DNA of 64,000 nt from the IMG/VR virus record IMGVR_UViG_3300033068_001747, one strand, 5' to 3'. This stretch comes from a virus. Lineage: Duplodnaviria > Caudoviricetes. Numbering within the stretch: position 1 is the stretch's first letter; each line of letters opens with the position of its first letter. Of this stretch, positions 1 to 10,333 are shown piece after piece. Under the pieces are notes generated by a model. The model ran no database searches. It had not been told where the DNA came from and was given only the letters and a program-made list of their open reading frames with translations. A program made the translations under genes and the position numbers.

Positions 1-3000
1 CCTTAAATAATTTTAAAAAGTTTGTAGCATTAGGGTCTATATTTCTATAATATTCGTTTAATTGTAAATCGTTATAACCAAAAAAGTTAATTGCATTTAT
101 AATTGACTTATAAGATCCAATATAAGGATAGATTAGATGTTTCATCATCATCATTTCCTTTCTTTTCTTGTTAAGGTATAACCAATCTATACCACCTTCT
201 TCTATATCATATTGTTTAAATATAAACACATCTTCTGGTGCAATTAGTTTACCAACATTACCCAATTCAATCTTAAATCTAATATCCTCTTCTTCTGTCT
301 GACCATAAGTAAAGAATCTACCAATCTCTTTATCCACAACCTCAATACTAAAGTCTAAATAAGTCAAGTCACCACTTTTTGGATAATCTGTAATCACAGA
401 ACTTTCGGTATCTATAAAGTCAGTAGAATTAAAGAAATCTACTACTATCTGACCAGTATAAACCTCCCTAATTTTGAATAATGATCCATTATTATCAGAA
501 ATATATTGATTTCTCTGATTTTGATTATCTTTAAGATAAATTGCTATGTGTTGACCCGGTTTTAAACCTTTATCAACGAATGACTCTGTTGAATACTGCC
601 CTAATGAAATTAAACCTCTTTTATCAGGACCATTTACATCTAATGTTTGTAAATAAACTTGATTAAACTCAGAAGATTTGATAGTAAAAGAAATATCTTC
701 TTTCTTATATAATTGAAGTAATGAACGTAAAGCACCTTCATTATCAGATCTAAATCCTATAAATAGTTGTAAAGGTTCAACATCTGTTGAAATATCAAGT
801 TGATCATCAATATAACTCAATGGATATTCGATTCTATCAAATATTGTTTGTTGATATTCAGGAAGTGCTACCTTACTAATATCTTTGTTTGGTTCTTTAT
901 TTAAAACAACTGTAGGTAAAGGAGTTTGACCAATATAAGAATATGAACCAGTTGTTGTTCTTAACAATTGTTCACCAGAAAAATCATACATGAAGAATTG
1001 AGGTATATTATCCGAAAACCATTTAAAATAATATTTAACTGGAAAGTCAGTATTAAAATTCTCTCTTGGTCTTCTAAAGTAATCTCTGGTTTTTAACCAC
1101 ATATCATCTCTTTCTTTAAATGAAGGATGTAATGTTCCATACATATTATCTAATATAACTTCAGTTACAATTGTCTCAGTTGTTACCTCATTTTTTATCT
1201 CAACTAAAATCTCAACCAATTGGTTAAGTGAAGGTTGTAAAACCCAAATCGATTTTCTGTCAGGATTATAACATAATTTTGTAGTTGGTGCAACCAAACT
1301 ATTCATATAAACTAATTGATTAGTAATAGAATCAACAACAATAACTGAATTAGTATTTTGAGATGATAGATATATAGCACCATCATATTGATTTAATGCC
1401 ATATAACCATGATTTGCAATATTCACATCATTGATTACTGTCCCATCTAAACTCAATTTTTTAACTTTATTAGATGAATCTGAAATAGCCATATCACCAG
1501 TTAAATTATTAAAGATAATATCATTAAATGACTCTGTTGTAACAGATATAGTAGTAACTAAACCATTATCTATTTTATACAAGTTAGAAGAACCATAAAC
1601 GTATATAGACTCATTTACTGGTTCATATACAATAGTATCTATTGCACCGGAAACACTATAAGTTGTAAGTAAAGTTCTATTAGTTCCATCAATTCTTAAA
1701 ACATTATCAACAGTAACAACATACATATCTTGTTCAAACTCATTAAAAGTCATCTTACCGGTAGAACCATATATTGATGATATACTCTCATCCAAAACAC
1801 CATTAAATGTAGTAGAATAAAATATATGTACTTCAGATAAGTTACTATAAGTAATATAAACATCACCATTATTAGGATTTATCTGTAAGTCAACCGCATC
1901 TGAACTTAGAGAAAATGAAGTAAGTAAAAGATTTGTAGAAGGATCAACTATCCAAACAATATTTTTAGATAAACAATAAACATAATTGTTTACTGGGTTA
2001 TATTCCATCTTAATACTATCCGTATTACCTAATAATTCAATAGTAATAATATAATTTCCGGTATAAGAATCATGAACTACTAAATTATCACCATAAGATA
2101 AAATAGTATTAGATAATTGTATATACTTAATATCCACCAAATTAGTAGTAGAAGTATAATCTGTTATATTGTAAGTATTTGGATAAAAAAGTATATTAAA
2201 TTGAGTGTCATCAAATTGATATTGATTAAACTGACCACTAACACCAGTAGAACTAATTGCACCACAACCTGTTTGACCAAATCCTAAATTAAATGCAATA
2301 GTAACAAAAGGAGATTTGTCACATATTGTGTTATTATAATCCCAAAAAGGTCCCTCATAACTTAAATTAAGTACTAAAGGATCTAAATATTGAATATTAT
2401 ACTCAACATTCATCAATGGCCAATTCGTATTATTTATAGAGAATACCATACCAGTTGCAAATCCTTCTTGTTCAAATGAATATGATGATGTTGCTGAAAG
2501 TATAACTTCATTAGAAGTAACTAAACCACCAAGATTTCCTTTCATCTTTTTAGTTATAACATAATCAGACAACCCAGGTAAATTAACTTTACCAGTTGTT
2601 ATAGTATAATCAAATGCAACATCGGTTTGTTTAACATCAAATTTTAAAACACTATTTATATTTGTAACGATAAAACCATATTCTAATAAATCAGTTGCAT
2701 ATAAATCAACCCAAGATTGTAATGTCTTTGGTATATCTATGACAGAATAAGTTGATGTAGATAAAGTAGATGATGTTACACCAACTACAATATGATCTTT
2801 ATTATTGATATTTACATTTAATGTAGGACCCATATTATTAAAAAGAACTCTTGAGTGTTCAATAAAATAATTTGCAGTCGTACCAACTAAAACGTCACTT
2901 ATATCAACTGGAACATTAGGATATTCAGTTCTTACAACAATTGAATTGTAAAATAACGAATTGATAGGTAAACCTGAATTTGGCACATAAGTATATGCTA

Positions 3001-4672
3001 ATTCAACATCTAAACCTAACTTGTATAACGTAAGATAATTTCTTGTCAACCAATTTCTAAGAGTCTTATCAATTGTTCTAGGCATATCTAAACCAATTCC
3101 ACTATAAACATATGAAATTTCTTCCTCATAAACCTGATTATTTATAATCAACTTTAATCCATATTCATCTAAGTCAGTAAGTACTATACTGTATTTAAAG
3201 TTCTCTGAGTAATCATAATTAAATTCTGTAGTAAGTGTTTCATTTACTTCTAAAAGTCGCTCAAATGTTCTGTATTCAGTTCCCAAAGAGTTTGAAGCAT
3301 CAACTTGAGTATGATAAAAATTAACTTTAGCATATCTACTTGGATAAACTAAATCAGCTTTTAAATAACCTTTGTTATAATAAAGATCAATATTGAATAT
3401 ACTTAAATCAGTTCTATACTTTTCTGCAGCAGAAGCTAATGTAACCGAAGCCGATTGGGTATAACCAAATTCATAGTAATATTTTTCCTTTGTTAGATAT
3501 AATTGTGCAAAAAGTAAGGGCTCAACTGTTGTAGTTTCATTTACTTTTATATAAGTTGGATTAGACCAGTGTGTAGTATCTACTTTAGGAGTCAAATATT
3601 TAGTAGTATCATCAGTATAACTATGCGTATAAGCTAAAATACATTGATATAATCTACCTTGAAAGTATATTTGTTCATCTAACTCATAATGTTTAGTCGT
3701 ATAAATTGATTCAAAATCATAAATATCTGCAACGGTTAAAAAGTTTTCATTCAGAACTGAACCAACTATTTTAAATTCTTGTCCTGGTCTTAATAATCTT
3801 GGATAATGTAGATAATCACTTACCAATATTCTATTATCACCAGTTATATCCAAACCACCATCATACAATTTAGGTAAATCAGTACCTAAAACAACTTCTA
3901 TGATTAGATTAGAATCTACTGGTAAAACAGCTTGACTAACTGAATATTCAAAGTGCATAATATCAGTAATCTCTGGACCTTTAATAGTATAAGTACCATC
4001 ATTAGATTTACTATTTACAACATTTAGTTTTTTACCTTTGTAAACTTTGTCATAAAAATTAGGTTCACTCCAAGGTGATAAATTATTAACATAATTTGTA
4101 TCAATATAATTATAAACACCAATTGCATCAATACCAGAAATTGTTTTTCCAGAATATAAATTGTTGTCTGAATAATCATTAAAATATGTTGTTTCAAATG
4201 TCGAGTTATCTACCGTAGAAATAATTAAAATAGCATTCTTTTTAGTTCCAACAACAACAAACGTTTGATTTATATTAGTAAACTCTAACAAACTTTGATT
4301 AAATACAATTAAAGTTCCAACTGGAAATTTAGCCTCAAAGTGTTCACCATAAATCCATTTAGAATAAAAATCAGGATCGTTATTTACTGGTTCTATTTTT
4401 GTTATTTGTTGTGGAGATGAATTTACACATCCATAGTAGTGTAATCCATACTCATTAAATAACTGAAACTTATTAGTTCCTAAATCACCAGGTGATTCAA
4501 ATTCAAATTCAGGCATTCTCTCTAATGTATAAAGAGCAAATGTTTTAAAAGTATCATTTGAGTTTTCATCAAATAGAATATCCCCTTGAAATAGTTGAGT
4601 TGTTTCATCATATCTAAAGTTTAAGGAGTCCCCTTGTTTGTTAAAGAAATATAAATTTTCGTGACTAGACAT
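1..4672 (-). CDS. Very large virion protein, probable baseplate wedge (gp7/P2 gpI-like segment) with a beta-propeller-like region; runs off the left edge
   Basis: ATG at 4672 (MSSHENLYFFNKQG). The same frame at the left edge reads ...YPYIGSYKSIINAINFFGYNDL..., a wedge-like G-S/T-x-x-x-I...FGY motif. No stop-terminated ORF is listed here, consistent with an open frame. TTAATATATA upstream. Confidence 0.6.
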   Translation of the reverse strand, partial: MSSHENLYFFNKQGDSLNFRYDETTQLFQGDILFDENSNDTFKTFALYTLERMPEFEFESPGDLGTNKFQLFNEYGLHYYGCVNSSPQQITKIEPVNNDPDFYSKWIYGEHFEAKFPVGTLIVFNQSLLEFTNINQTFVVVGTKKNAILIISTVDNSTFETTYFNDYSDNNLYSGKTISGIDAIGVYNYIDTNYVNNLSPWSEPNFYDKVYKGKKLNVVNSKSNDGTYTIKGPEITDIMHFEYSVSQAVLPVDSNLIIEVVLGTDLPKLYDGGLDITGDNRILVSDYLHYPRLLRPGQEFKIVGSVLNENFLTVADIYDFESIYTTKHYELDEQIYFQGRLYQCILAYTHSYTDDTTKYLTPKVDTTHWSNPTYIKVNETTTVEPLLFAQLYLTKEKYYYEFGYTQSASVTLASAAEKYRTDLSIFNIDLYYNKGYLKADLVYPSRYAKVNFYHTQVDASNSLGTEYRTFERLLEVNETLTTEFNYDYSENFKYSIVLTDLDEYGLKLIINNQVYEEEISYVYSGIGLDMPRTIDKTLRNWLTRNYLTLYKLGLDVELAYTYVPNSGLPINSLFYNSIVVRTEYPNVPVDISDVLVGTTANYFIEHSRVLFNNMGPTLNVNINNKDHIVVGVTSSTLSTSTYSVIDIPKTLQSWVDLYATDLLEYGFIVTNINSVLKFDVKQTDVAFDYTITTGKVNLPGLSDYVITKKMKGNLGGLVTSNEVILSATSSYSFEQEGFATGMVFSINNTNWPLMNVEYNIQYLDPLVLNLSYEGPFWDYNNTICDKSPFVTIAFNLGFGQTGCGAISSTGVSGQFNQYQFDDTQFNILFYPNTYNITDYTSTTNLVDIKYIQLSNTILSYGDNLVVHDSYTGNYIITIELLGNTDSIKMEYNPVNNYVYCLSKNIVWIVDPSTNLLLTSFSLSSDAVDLQINPNNGDVYITYSNLSEVHIFYSTTFNGVLDESISSIYGSTGKMTFNEFEQDMYVVTVDNVLRIDGTNRTLLTTYSVSGAIDTIVYEPVNESIYVYGSSNLYKIDNGLVTTISVTTESFNDIIFNNLTGDMAISDSSNKVKKLSLDGTVINDVNIANHGYMALNQYDGAIYLSSQNTNSVIVVDSITNQLVYMNSLVAPTTKLCYNPDRKSIWVLQPSLNQLVEILVEIKNEVTTETIVTEVILDNMYGTLHPSFKERDDMWLKTRDYFRRPRENFNTDFPVKYYFKWFSDNIPQFFMYDFSGEQLLRTTTGSYSYIGQTPLPTVVLNKEPNKDISKVALPEYQQTIFDRIEYPLSYIDDQLDISTDVEPLQLFIGFRSDNEGALRSLLQLYKKEDISFTIKSSEFNQVYLQTLDVNGPDKRGLISLGQYSTESFVDKGLKPGQHIAIYLKDNQNQRNQYISDNNGSLFKIREVYTGQIVVDFFNSTDFIDTESSVITDYPKSGDLTYLDFSIEVVDKEIGRFFTYGQTEEEDIRFKIELGNVGKLIAPEDVFIFKQYDIEEGGIDWLYLNKKRKEMMMMKHLIYPYIGSYKSIINAINFFGYNDLQLNEYYRNIDPNATNFLKLFK

Positions 4673-4693
4673 TTAATTTTATTAAGTTTTGAT

Positions 4694-4703
4694 TATATAT
4701 TAA
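4694..4703 (-). promoter_or_regulatory. Late-type promoter motif TTAATATATA
   Basis: Exact motif 21 nt before the ATG at 4672; back-to-back with a + strand copy at 4721-4730. Confidence 0.6.
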
Positions 4704-4720
4704 ATTTTGAGTTCTTGATA

Positions 4721-4730
4721 TTAATATATA
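4721..4730 (+). promoter_or_regulatory. Late-type promoter motif TTAATATATA
   Basis: Exact motif upstream of the 4754 operon; recurs about 15 times exactly, just upstream of genes. Confidence 0.6.
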
Positions 4731-4753
4731 ACTAAAATTGATTTTTATAAAAT

Positions 4754-5347
4754 ATGAAATACTTAAAATTATTTGAAAGATTCTCAACATTTGAACATGA
4801 TTTTGGACAATTCAAAATTAAAGTGATTGAAGCAAGTCCCAATAATTATGATGGTGGAATACAAGTAGATTCTGCAACTATTGCTTGTGGTGATAGTGAA
4901 TACTACTTTGAATTACATACACCAGTAGGTGGTGAAGGAGAAGTACATGTAAAATACTTGGCATGTGAAAATGGTAATTCTGAATTTATTAACCAATTTG
5001 GTTTAGAAGAAGATTCATTTCTTAATGAAAATGAATTAAGTGAGTTTCTACAAGTAAATTCACCTGATTGTGTTGGATATGATACTGAAATTGATGGTTA
5101 TGAATTAGAAATTACTGATTTTAATCATGATGGTGGAATGGAATTAGGTACTATAGAAACTATTATAAATGGTGAAGAAATTCAATTTGAAATGATACAA
5201 GATGCTACTACAGGTTTTGGATTTGGAGTTGAATTTGATAGTGATAGAGATGAGAAAAAAGCAAGAGAAATAGGTTTTGAACTCACTGATGAAATAAGAG
5301 AGTACTTATTCAATGAATATGATAGAATATGTGCAGAAAAAAGATAA
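4754..5347 (+). CDS. Acidic hypothetical protein with MKYLKLFE N-terminal tag and an internal two-domain repeat
   Basis: ORF; duplicated segments YDGGIQVDSA...YFEL and HDGGMELGTI...QFEM. Confidence 0.75.
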   Translation: MKYLKLFERFSTFEHDFGQFKIKVIEASPNNYDGGIQVDSATIACGDSEYYFELHTPVGGEGEVHVKYLACENGNSEFINQFGLEEDSFLNENELSEFLQVNSPDCVGYDTEIDGYELEITDFNHDGGMELGTIETIINGEEIQFEMIQDATTGFGFGVEFDSDRDEKKAREIGFELTDEIREYLFNEYDRICAEKR

Positions 5348-5353
5348 ATAAAT

Positions 5354-5932
5354 ATGAAATACTTAAAACTATTTGAAAACTTCTCTGGTAAAATATCTGA
5401 GAACTTACAATACCACATAGATAACAACAAACCAATTGTGGAAAATGTATTTAGACCAGGATCAAATAAATACCTTGACCTAATCAAAGAAGCAAGACAA
5501 TTATTTGATAATAATCAAATTGAATTATCAGAATTAGACACTGAATTATATGAATCAACTGATATAGGAAGATTTGCAGAATATGAAGGTCAGATAGTTG
5601 CACTTGATTTACCAATGGAAACTATTGAAGAGTTAAATGAAGCAGAATACAAAGGTAGAGAAGTAAAGTTAAACTATCCGATGAGAGGTGGTACTAAGAA
5701 ATATCATGTTTTTGTTAAAAATCCTAAAACAGGTAAAGTTAAGAAAATTGCATTTGGTGATGTACACGGTGGTTTAACTGCTAAAGTAAGTGATCCTAAA
5801 GCAAGAAAAGCTTTTGCAGCAAGACATAATTGTGATATGAAGAAAGATAAAACTAAAGCAGGTTATTGGGCTTGTAGAGTAAATAAATATGGACACCTTT
5901 GGGGTGGAAAAACTTATCCTGGTTATTGGTAA
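5354..5932 (+). CDS. Tagged protein with a C-terminal DUF6321-like basic domain
   Basis: MKYLKLFENF start; EAEYKGREVKLN...KKIAFGD...FAARHNC...GYWAC resembles a conserved T4-like phage domain. Confidence 0.65.
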   Translation: MKYLKLFENFSGKISENLQYHIDNNKPIVENVFRPGSNKYLDLIKEARQLFDNNQIELSELDTELYESTDIGRFAEYEGQIVALDLPMETIEELNEAEYKGREVKLNYPMRGGTKKYHVFVKNPKTGKVKKIAFGDVHGGLTAKVSDPKARKAFAARHNCDMKKDKTKAGYWACRVNKYGHLWGGKTYPGYW

Positions 5933-5933
5933 T

Positions 5934-6320
5934 ATGAAATATATAAAATTATTTGAAGAACATAGTGATAAACAATCAGTAGTATCATTCTTACTAGACT
6001 TTGGTATGTTTATAACTTTGAATTTATCTAAAGTAGAGAATGAATCCATAGATGAACAATCTAAATCCGAATTATCAAAAATGTTATCAGAGTTAAGAAA
6101 GCCTCTAATAAATGGGAAAACATTCAGTGAACTAACACTAGATATAAACTCAATAGTAAACAATCCAAAGATTTTATCAGGACTATTCTCTCAAGTAAGA
6201 ACTCTATTGATTTATATAGAACCTAGGATTCAAAAATTTGTAAAAGACAGTGATAAGAAAAATATATGGTTAGATAAAATCAATAACTTTAAAGAAAGAT
6301 ATAAAAATATAGTAAACTAA
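5934..6320 (+). CDS. Hypothetical protein with MKYIKLFEE tag
   Basis: Start re-assigned to ATG 5934, 1 nt after the previous stop. Confidence 0.7.
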   Translation: MKYIKLFEEHSDKQSVVSFLLDFGMFITLNLSKVENESIDEQSKSELSKMLSELRKPLINGKTFSELTLDINSIVNNPKILSGLFSQVRTLLIYIEPRIQKFVKDSDKKNIWLDKINNFKERYKNIVN

Positions 6321-6589
6321 TGTTACCATTTAAAGAGGAAGTAATATCAACTAATGTATTCATTAGAGAGTTTAGTCAAGACACTGACTCTGGAGAGTTT
6401 ATGTGGCATCGTGATAGGGAAGATAGAATAATTGAATCTATTAGTGATACAGATTGGCAAGTACAATTAGACAATGAACTACCTAAAATTATTAAAGGTG
6501 AAGTATTTATACCAATGGGTGTTTACCACAGAGTTATAAAAGGAACTGGAGATTTAAAAATAAAACTAATAAAAAACCCTATTATCTAA
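6320..6589 (+). CDS. Small cupin-like protein
   Basis: WHRDRE...FIPMGVYHRVIKG cupin-type motifs. Confidence 0.6.
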   Translation: MLPFKEEVISTNVFIREFSQDTDSGEFMWHRDREDRIIESISDTDWQVQLDNELPKIIKGEVFIPMGVYHRVIKGTGDLKIKLIKNPII

Positions 6590-6600
6590 TAGGGTTTTTA
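6571..6600. terminator. Bidirectional intrinsic terminator
   Basis: aaaaaaccctatta-tc-taatagggttttt between convergent genes. Confidence 0.75.
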
Positions 6601-6782
6601 TAATTTAGTTCGTGACTAAATCTCTTACTTATAAAATCATTAAGTTTTATACACTTCTCAAATTGCTCTTGCGATTCAAGTTCTTTTACAATTCCTTGTA
6701 AGTATTCTTTAGTATAAACTTTTAAATTACGATTGTATAGTATTCCATTTGTAATTCTCTCAAATACGTTTTCTGCTCTCAT
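6582..6782 (-). CDS. Small hypothetical protein (UVR-like helical motif)
   Basis: Start re-assigned to MRAENV at 6782, directly after the gp47 stop; ELESQEQFEKCIKL. Confidence 0.55.
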   Translation of the reverse strand: MRAENVFERITNGILYNRNLKVYTKEYLQGIVKELESQEQFEKCIKLNDFISKRFSHELNYKNPIR

Positions 6783-6783
6783 A

Positions 6784-7911
6784 TTATTCTTTTTTAGAAC
6801 TATAGTTCTCGTTATAAATTCTAATAACCTCATCATACTCAGTTACTACTCCTTCTCTAAAAGTATCATTTTCATACTTTTGTTTGTTTATATACTCTTT
6901 TATATAATCAGCATAGTCAAGTTGTATAGAAATGTCTAATTTTTCTTCATCAAAATTTTCATCAGGTGTAGTATCAACCGCTTCATCAACTTTAGTAACT
7001 ATATCATCAATATAATCAACTGATGCGAATCCACTATTTTCTAATAAAACTTCTAATTTTCTTCTTAGTTTTCTATTACTAATAAGCAAATTGTTTGAAA
7101 TAGATAAATCAATATAATCCTTTGAATTTCTTAAACTATCTAGCCTCTCAACATCATTCTCATCAATAACATTGAATTTCTTAAATACTGGAGATACTTT
7201 ATTTTCTATAAATTCTTCTTCTTCGTTTTCAACATCTATTACGAATATTCCTTTTTGATCATTATAATCATTTCTATCCATTTGAAATATAGAACCAACA
7301 AATGTAAAATTTTGTTCACGTTGAACTATATGATAATGACCAGAATAAACTTTTCTAAAGCCTTTAAAGTCCTCAATATCAATCTTATCTGCGTTTCTAT
7401 GACCGGCCGATGTAAGATGTAATTTTGCACCATTTAAGTCAGAATGACAAAATAAATATTCACAATCTTTATTATTATTAATAATAGAAATTTGTTCCTT
7501 TCGATTGTCAATATACGGAACCATTAGTATATTAATTCCTTCAAATTGAATTTTAGTTGGAGTATCATAAATAAATATATTATCAATATGTTTAAATGGT
7601 CTAACAGAGTTTATTTCACCGGTACTTTTTGAATAAAGATCATGATTACCAATAATTATATGAAAAGGTGCAATTTTACTAATTTCCTCAACAATATCTA
7701 ATGTATAATTCATTAAATTTATAGGAATAACATTTCTATTGTCAAATAAATCACCTAAGTGTACTATAATATCACCTGGTTGCACTCTACTTTTAAGTAA
7801 TGGTATTAAAAAATCACTAAAATATTCTCTATGTACTTTAAACCATTTATCTGCATTATTGGGGTAACCTAACCCAATATGGGTGTCACCAATTAAAAAA
7901 ATTTTACTCAT
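6784..7911 (-). CDS. Recombination nuclease subunit, T4 gp47/SbcD/Mre11-like metallophosphoesterase
   Basis: GDTH, GDLFD, GNHD, HSD and SGHYH motifs. Confidence 0.9.
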   Translation of the reverse strand: MSKIFLIGDTHIGLGYPNNADKWFKVHREYFSDFLIPLLKSRVQPGDIIVHLGDLFDNRNVIPINLMNYTLDIVEEISKIAPFHIIIGNHDLYSKSTGEINSVRPFKHIDNIFIYDTPTKIQFEGINILMVPYIDNRKEQISIINNNKDCEYLFCHSDLNGAKLHLTSAGHRNADKIDIEDFKGFRKVYSGHYHIVQREQNFTFVGSIFQMDRNDYNDQKGIFVIDVENEEEEFIENKVSPVFKKFNVIDENDVERLDSLRNSKDYIDLSISNNLLISNRKLRRKLEVLLENSGFASVDYIDDIVTKVDEAVDTTPDENFDEEKLDISIQLDYADYIKEYINKQKYENDTFREGVVTEYDEVIRIYNENYSSKKE

Positions 7912-7952
7912 ATGTATAAGGACACTATATAATTTTTATATATAGTATAAAT

Positions 7953-7980
7953 ATTATAGTTAAAAAAAAATAAATGTTTA
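7953..7980 (-). promoter_or_regulatory. TAAAC-N17-TATAAT promoter (third class)
   Basis: TAAAC at 7980-7976 and TATAAT at 7958-7953, upstream of gp47. Confidence 0.5.
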
Positions 7981-8158
7981 TGATAAAATATGATAAAAAC
8001 TTTGTGTACTATCTATAGAAGAATTGACTAATAAAATTGATTCTGGATTAAATATATTAGAGGTTGCAGAAATATTTGAGTGTCATTGGAGAAAGATATA
8101 TAATTGTTGTAAAAAGAATAGTATTCAATATAAAAAGGGATTTTTCAAAGGAGTATAA
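7974..8158 (+). pseudogene. Frameshifted small HTH-like ORF
   Basis: MFMIKYDKNFV joins LSIEELTNKIDSGLNILEVAEIFECHWRKIYNCCKK if 2 nt are removed at tgtgta (about 8003-8008). Confidence 0.4.
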
Positions 8159-8273
8159 TATAGAAAAAAATCATTTTTTTATTATAATATATAGATATAG
8201 AGAATACAGAAAAATAAATATATAATTTAATAATTTGTTATTCAAGTTAAACAAAAAATAATGAAAAAAAGAC

Positions 8274-8897
8274 ATGCCATTACCTCACTTTACCCAGTTA
8301 CAAGGAGTAGGTTCACCTGGGGGACCGGGTACACTACCAGATGAAGTAGTATACTTAAACCTATTTGAGATAACATTTATATTACCTGTTATCTTACAAG
8401 CACAAGGTAGAGACCCAATCTTGTTGTTACAAAATGCAACTAAAATTTCTTTAAACTTAACAGAGTTTGAAGGTGTTGGTACTAAACAACAAAGATTCAA
8501 ATACTCTACAAGAGAGTTTGTTACAACTCCTACCAAAACTTCTGGTACGATTGCAATTCCTATTCAAGTAAATGTTAATCAACAAGGATCTATGGAGAAT
8601 TGGAATACTATGAAAGCTTGGTATGATTTAGTATTTAACTCACAAAATGGTGCTCTTCACTATAAAAGTGATATTATTGGTACTATTATTGTTAATCAAC
8701 ACGATAAAAAAGGTGTTGTTTTAAGAAGAGTAACATTCCAAAACTGTCAAATAACTAAATTACAAGGTTATGATCTAGACTGGTCAGCAAATAACATCAT
8801 TGAAACTGTGTTAGCAGATTTCACATATGATTACTTCATTGACGAGTACATTGATAATAACTTTACAATCAACCCACCGTTGGTTTCAGGTTACTAA
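8274..8897 (+). CDS. Tail tube protein (T4 gp19-like)
   Basis: FEITF, WYDLVFNSQNG..YK, NCQIT...LDWS, FTYDY tube-like pattern; adjacent to sheath and hub genes. Confidence 0.8.
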   Translation: MPLPHFTQLQGVGSPGGPGTLPDEVVYLNLFEITFILPVILQAQGRDPILLLQNATKISLNLTEFEGVGTKQQRFKYSTREFVTTPTKTSGTIAIPIQVNVNQQGSMENWNTMKAWYDLVFNSQNGALHYKSDIIGTIIVNQHDKKGVVLRRVTFQNCQITKLQGYDLDWSANNIIETVLADFTYDYFIDEYIDNNFTINPPLVSGY

Positions 8898-8915
8898 TAA
8901 CAACTATACAAAAAC

Positions 8916-8944
8916 AAAAAACTCATCTTTCGATGAGTTTTTTT
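8916..8944. terminator. Bidirectional intrinsic terminator
   Basis: aaaaactcatc-tttc-gatgagttttttt. Confidence 0.8.
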
Positions 8945-9037
8945 ATTTAAAGTAACAATGAGTGGAAACCCTCATCTGAACAACTACTAGTCTTGGTAAG
9001 CTGTTACCTCACCAACTAACTAATAACTGGTTTTACT

Positions 9038-9292
9038 TTAGAATTTTGGCATTTGCATATTGTTTGTCATATTTTGTGCATTTCGCATCATTGAACTTGT
9101 ATCCGGCATTGAACCTCTCTGAGATTCTTCTTCTTTCTTCTTATTACTATCTTCTTCTTCAAGAATTTCATTAACTAATTTAATATTTTCTTCAAGCATC
9201 CAAAATGGCCATAAATCCATTGCAGCTTCTTGTGTATGGAAGTGTTTCTGAAGTAATAATTTATTCTTTAATATATGCTTCAAAGGCATCAT
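9038..9292 (-). CDS. Small hub-assembly/tail-chaperone partner (gp51-like or GT-like C-terminal part)
   Basis: LQKHFH...MDLWPFWMLEENIKLVNE pattern; overlaps the end of the gp26-like gene. Confidence 0.55.
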   Translation of the reverse strand: MMPLKHILKNKLLLQKHFHTQEAAMDLWPFWMLEENIKLVNEILEEEDSNKKKEEESQRGSMPDTSSMMRNAQNMTNNMQMPKF

Positions 9293-10205
9293 GAATAACG
9301 AAAATACCTGACGTTCCGTTGGGAAATTGCATGTCTGTGGTAACCTCCTCACCACAACTACAAACTTTACCTAATTTTTCAATTCCGAATGTCATTTTAC
9401 CAATCGCAGCGTTTAAGAACTGGAATGAAATATCATCCATTTGTTCAAACTCTGTAAGTTTAGCTTTAATACCATCCATTGTAATAGATGTTCTTCCATT
9501 TAACATAAAAGGAATAATCTTTAAGAATGATAAGTTAGGAGCTTTCTTTTCATTATTTTCTTTAATGATATAATCAGTAAATGCTTTTTGTAATCCAATA
9601 TTTGGTGGTGTAACTTCAAATTGATGACCATTGATAGTCTTAAACGAGAATGAATTTGATGCAGGAGAATAAAATCTGTCTAACTTCTCATCTATTTTAT
9701 GAAATCTAAAGTTCTCTCTTTTTAGTTCAATTGCAACATCTTGACCACAAGTACATTTTGCATTAGCAGATAATGAATTACCTTGTTGGAATGTCAATTC
9801 TCTAATTAAGAAAATTAAATAGATTCTATCTTGGTCTTTTACTTCTAAGAAGGATCCTACTCTACCATCAGTATATTTAATTCTAACACATGCTTGTAAC
9901 ATATCATTCATTTTCTCAACAACATCATAAAAGTTATTATCATCAACCATTGAATAAGCTTGAATTTCTCTAACTTGTGCCGCTCTAACCATAAACATAG
10001 TTCCAACAGGATAGAATTTCCCACAAGGAAAGTCTCTAACATCAAAAGTTAAATACTGTAGATCACTTGTTCGATTACTTTCAATAACAGGTTCTACCAC
10101 GTTATCAGTAAATGTATTTTGAGTATTTTTTTTACCAGCTTCTAAATCACCTAAGTGTCTCATTAAGTAATCTTCTTCACTCATATCTTTATTTTTATCC
10201 GACAT
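9261..10205 (-). CDS. Baseplate hub / tail assembly chaperone (T4 gp26-like)
   Basis: PCGKFYP...DRIYLIFLIRELT...CTCG...CSCG Zn motifs; immediately downstream of the sheath. Confidence 0.7.
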   Translation of the reverse strand: MSDKNKDMSEEDYLMRHLGDLEAGKKNTQNTFTDNVVEPVIESNRTSDLQYLTFDVRDFPCGKFYPVGTMFMVRAAQVREIQAYSMVDDNNFYDVVEKMNDMLQACVRIKYTDGRVGSFLEVKDQDRIYLIFLIRELTFQQGNSLSANAKCTCGQDVAIELKRENFRFHKIDEKLDRFYSPASNSFSFKTINGHQFEVTPPNIGLQKAFTDYIIKENNEKKAPNLSFLKIIPFMLNGRTSITMDGIKAKLTEFEQMDDISFQFLNAAIGKMTFGIEKLGKVCSCGEEVTTDMQFPNGTSGIFVIHDAFEAYIKE

Positions 10206-10286
10206 AATTTAATTATTATTTTTTATTATATATTGACATAATCAATGTCTCTATTATATTAAATAATAACAATTTGGTTTAAAATA

Positions 10287-10316
10287 AAAAAAACCCTATA
10301 TTTCTATAGGGTTTTT
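10287..10316. terminator. Intrinsic terminator after the sheath gene
   Basis: aaaaaaccctata-tttc-tatagggttttt. Confidence 0.8.
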
Positions 10317-10333
10317 ATTATTTATTTAAGTGA

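Noticed and set aside
8952-9007. Hammerhead ribozyme
   Set aside because: The CUGANGA and GAAA core is not correctly present on either strand.
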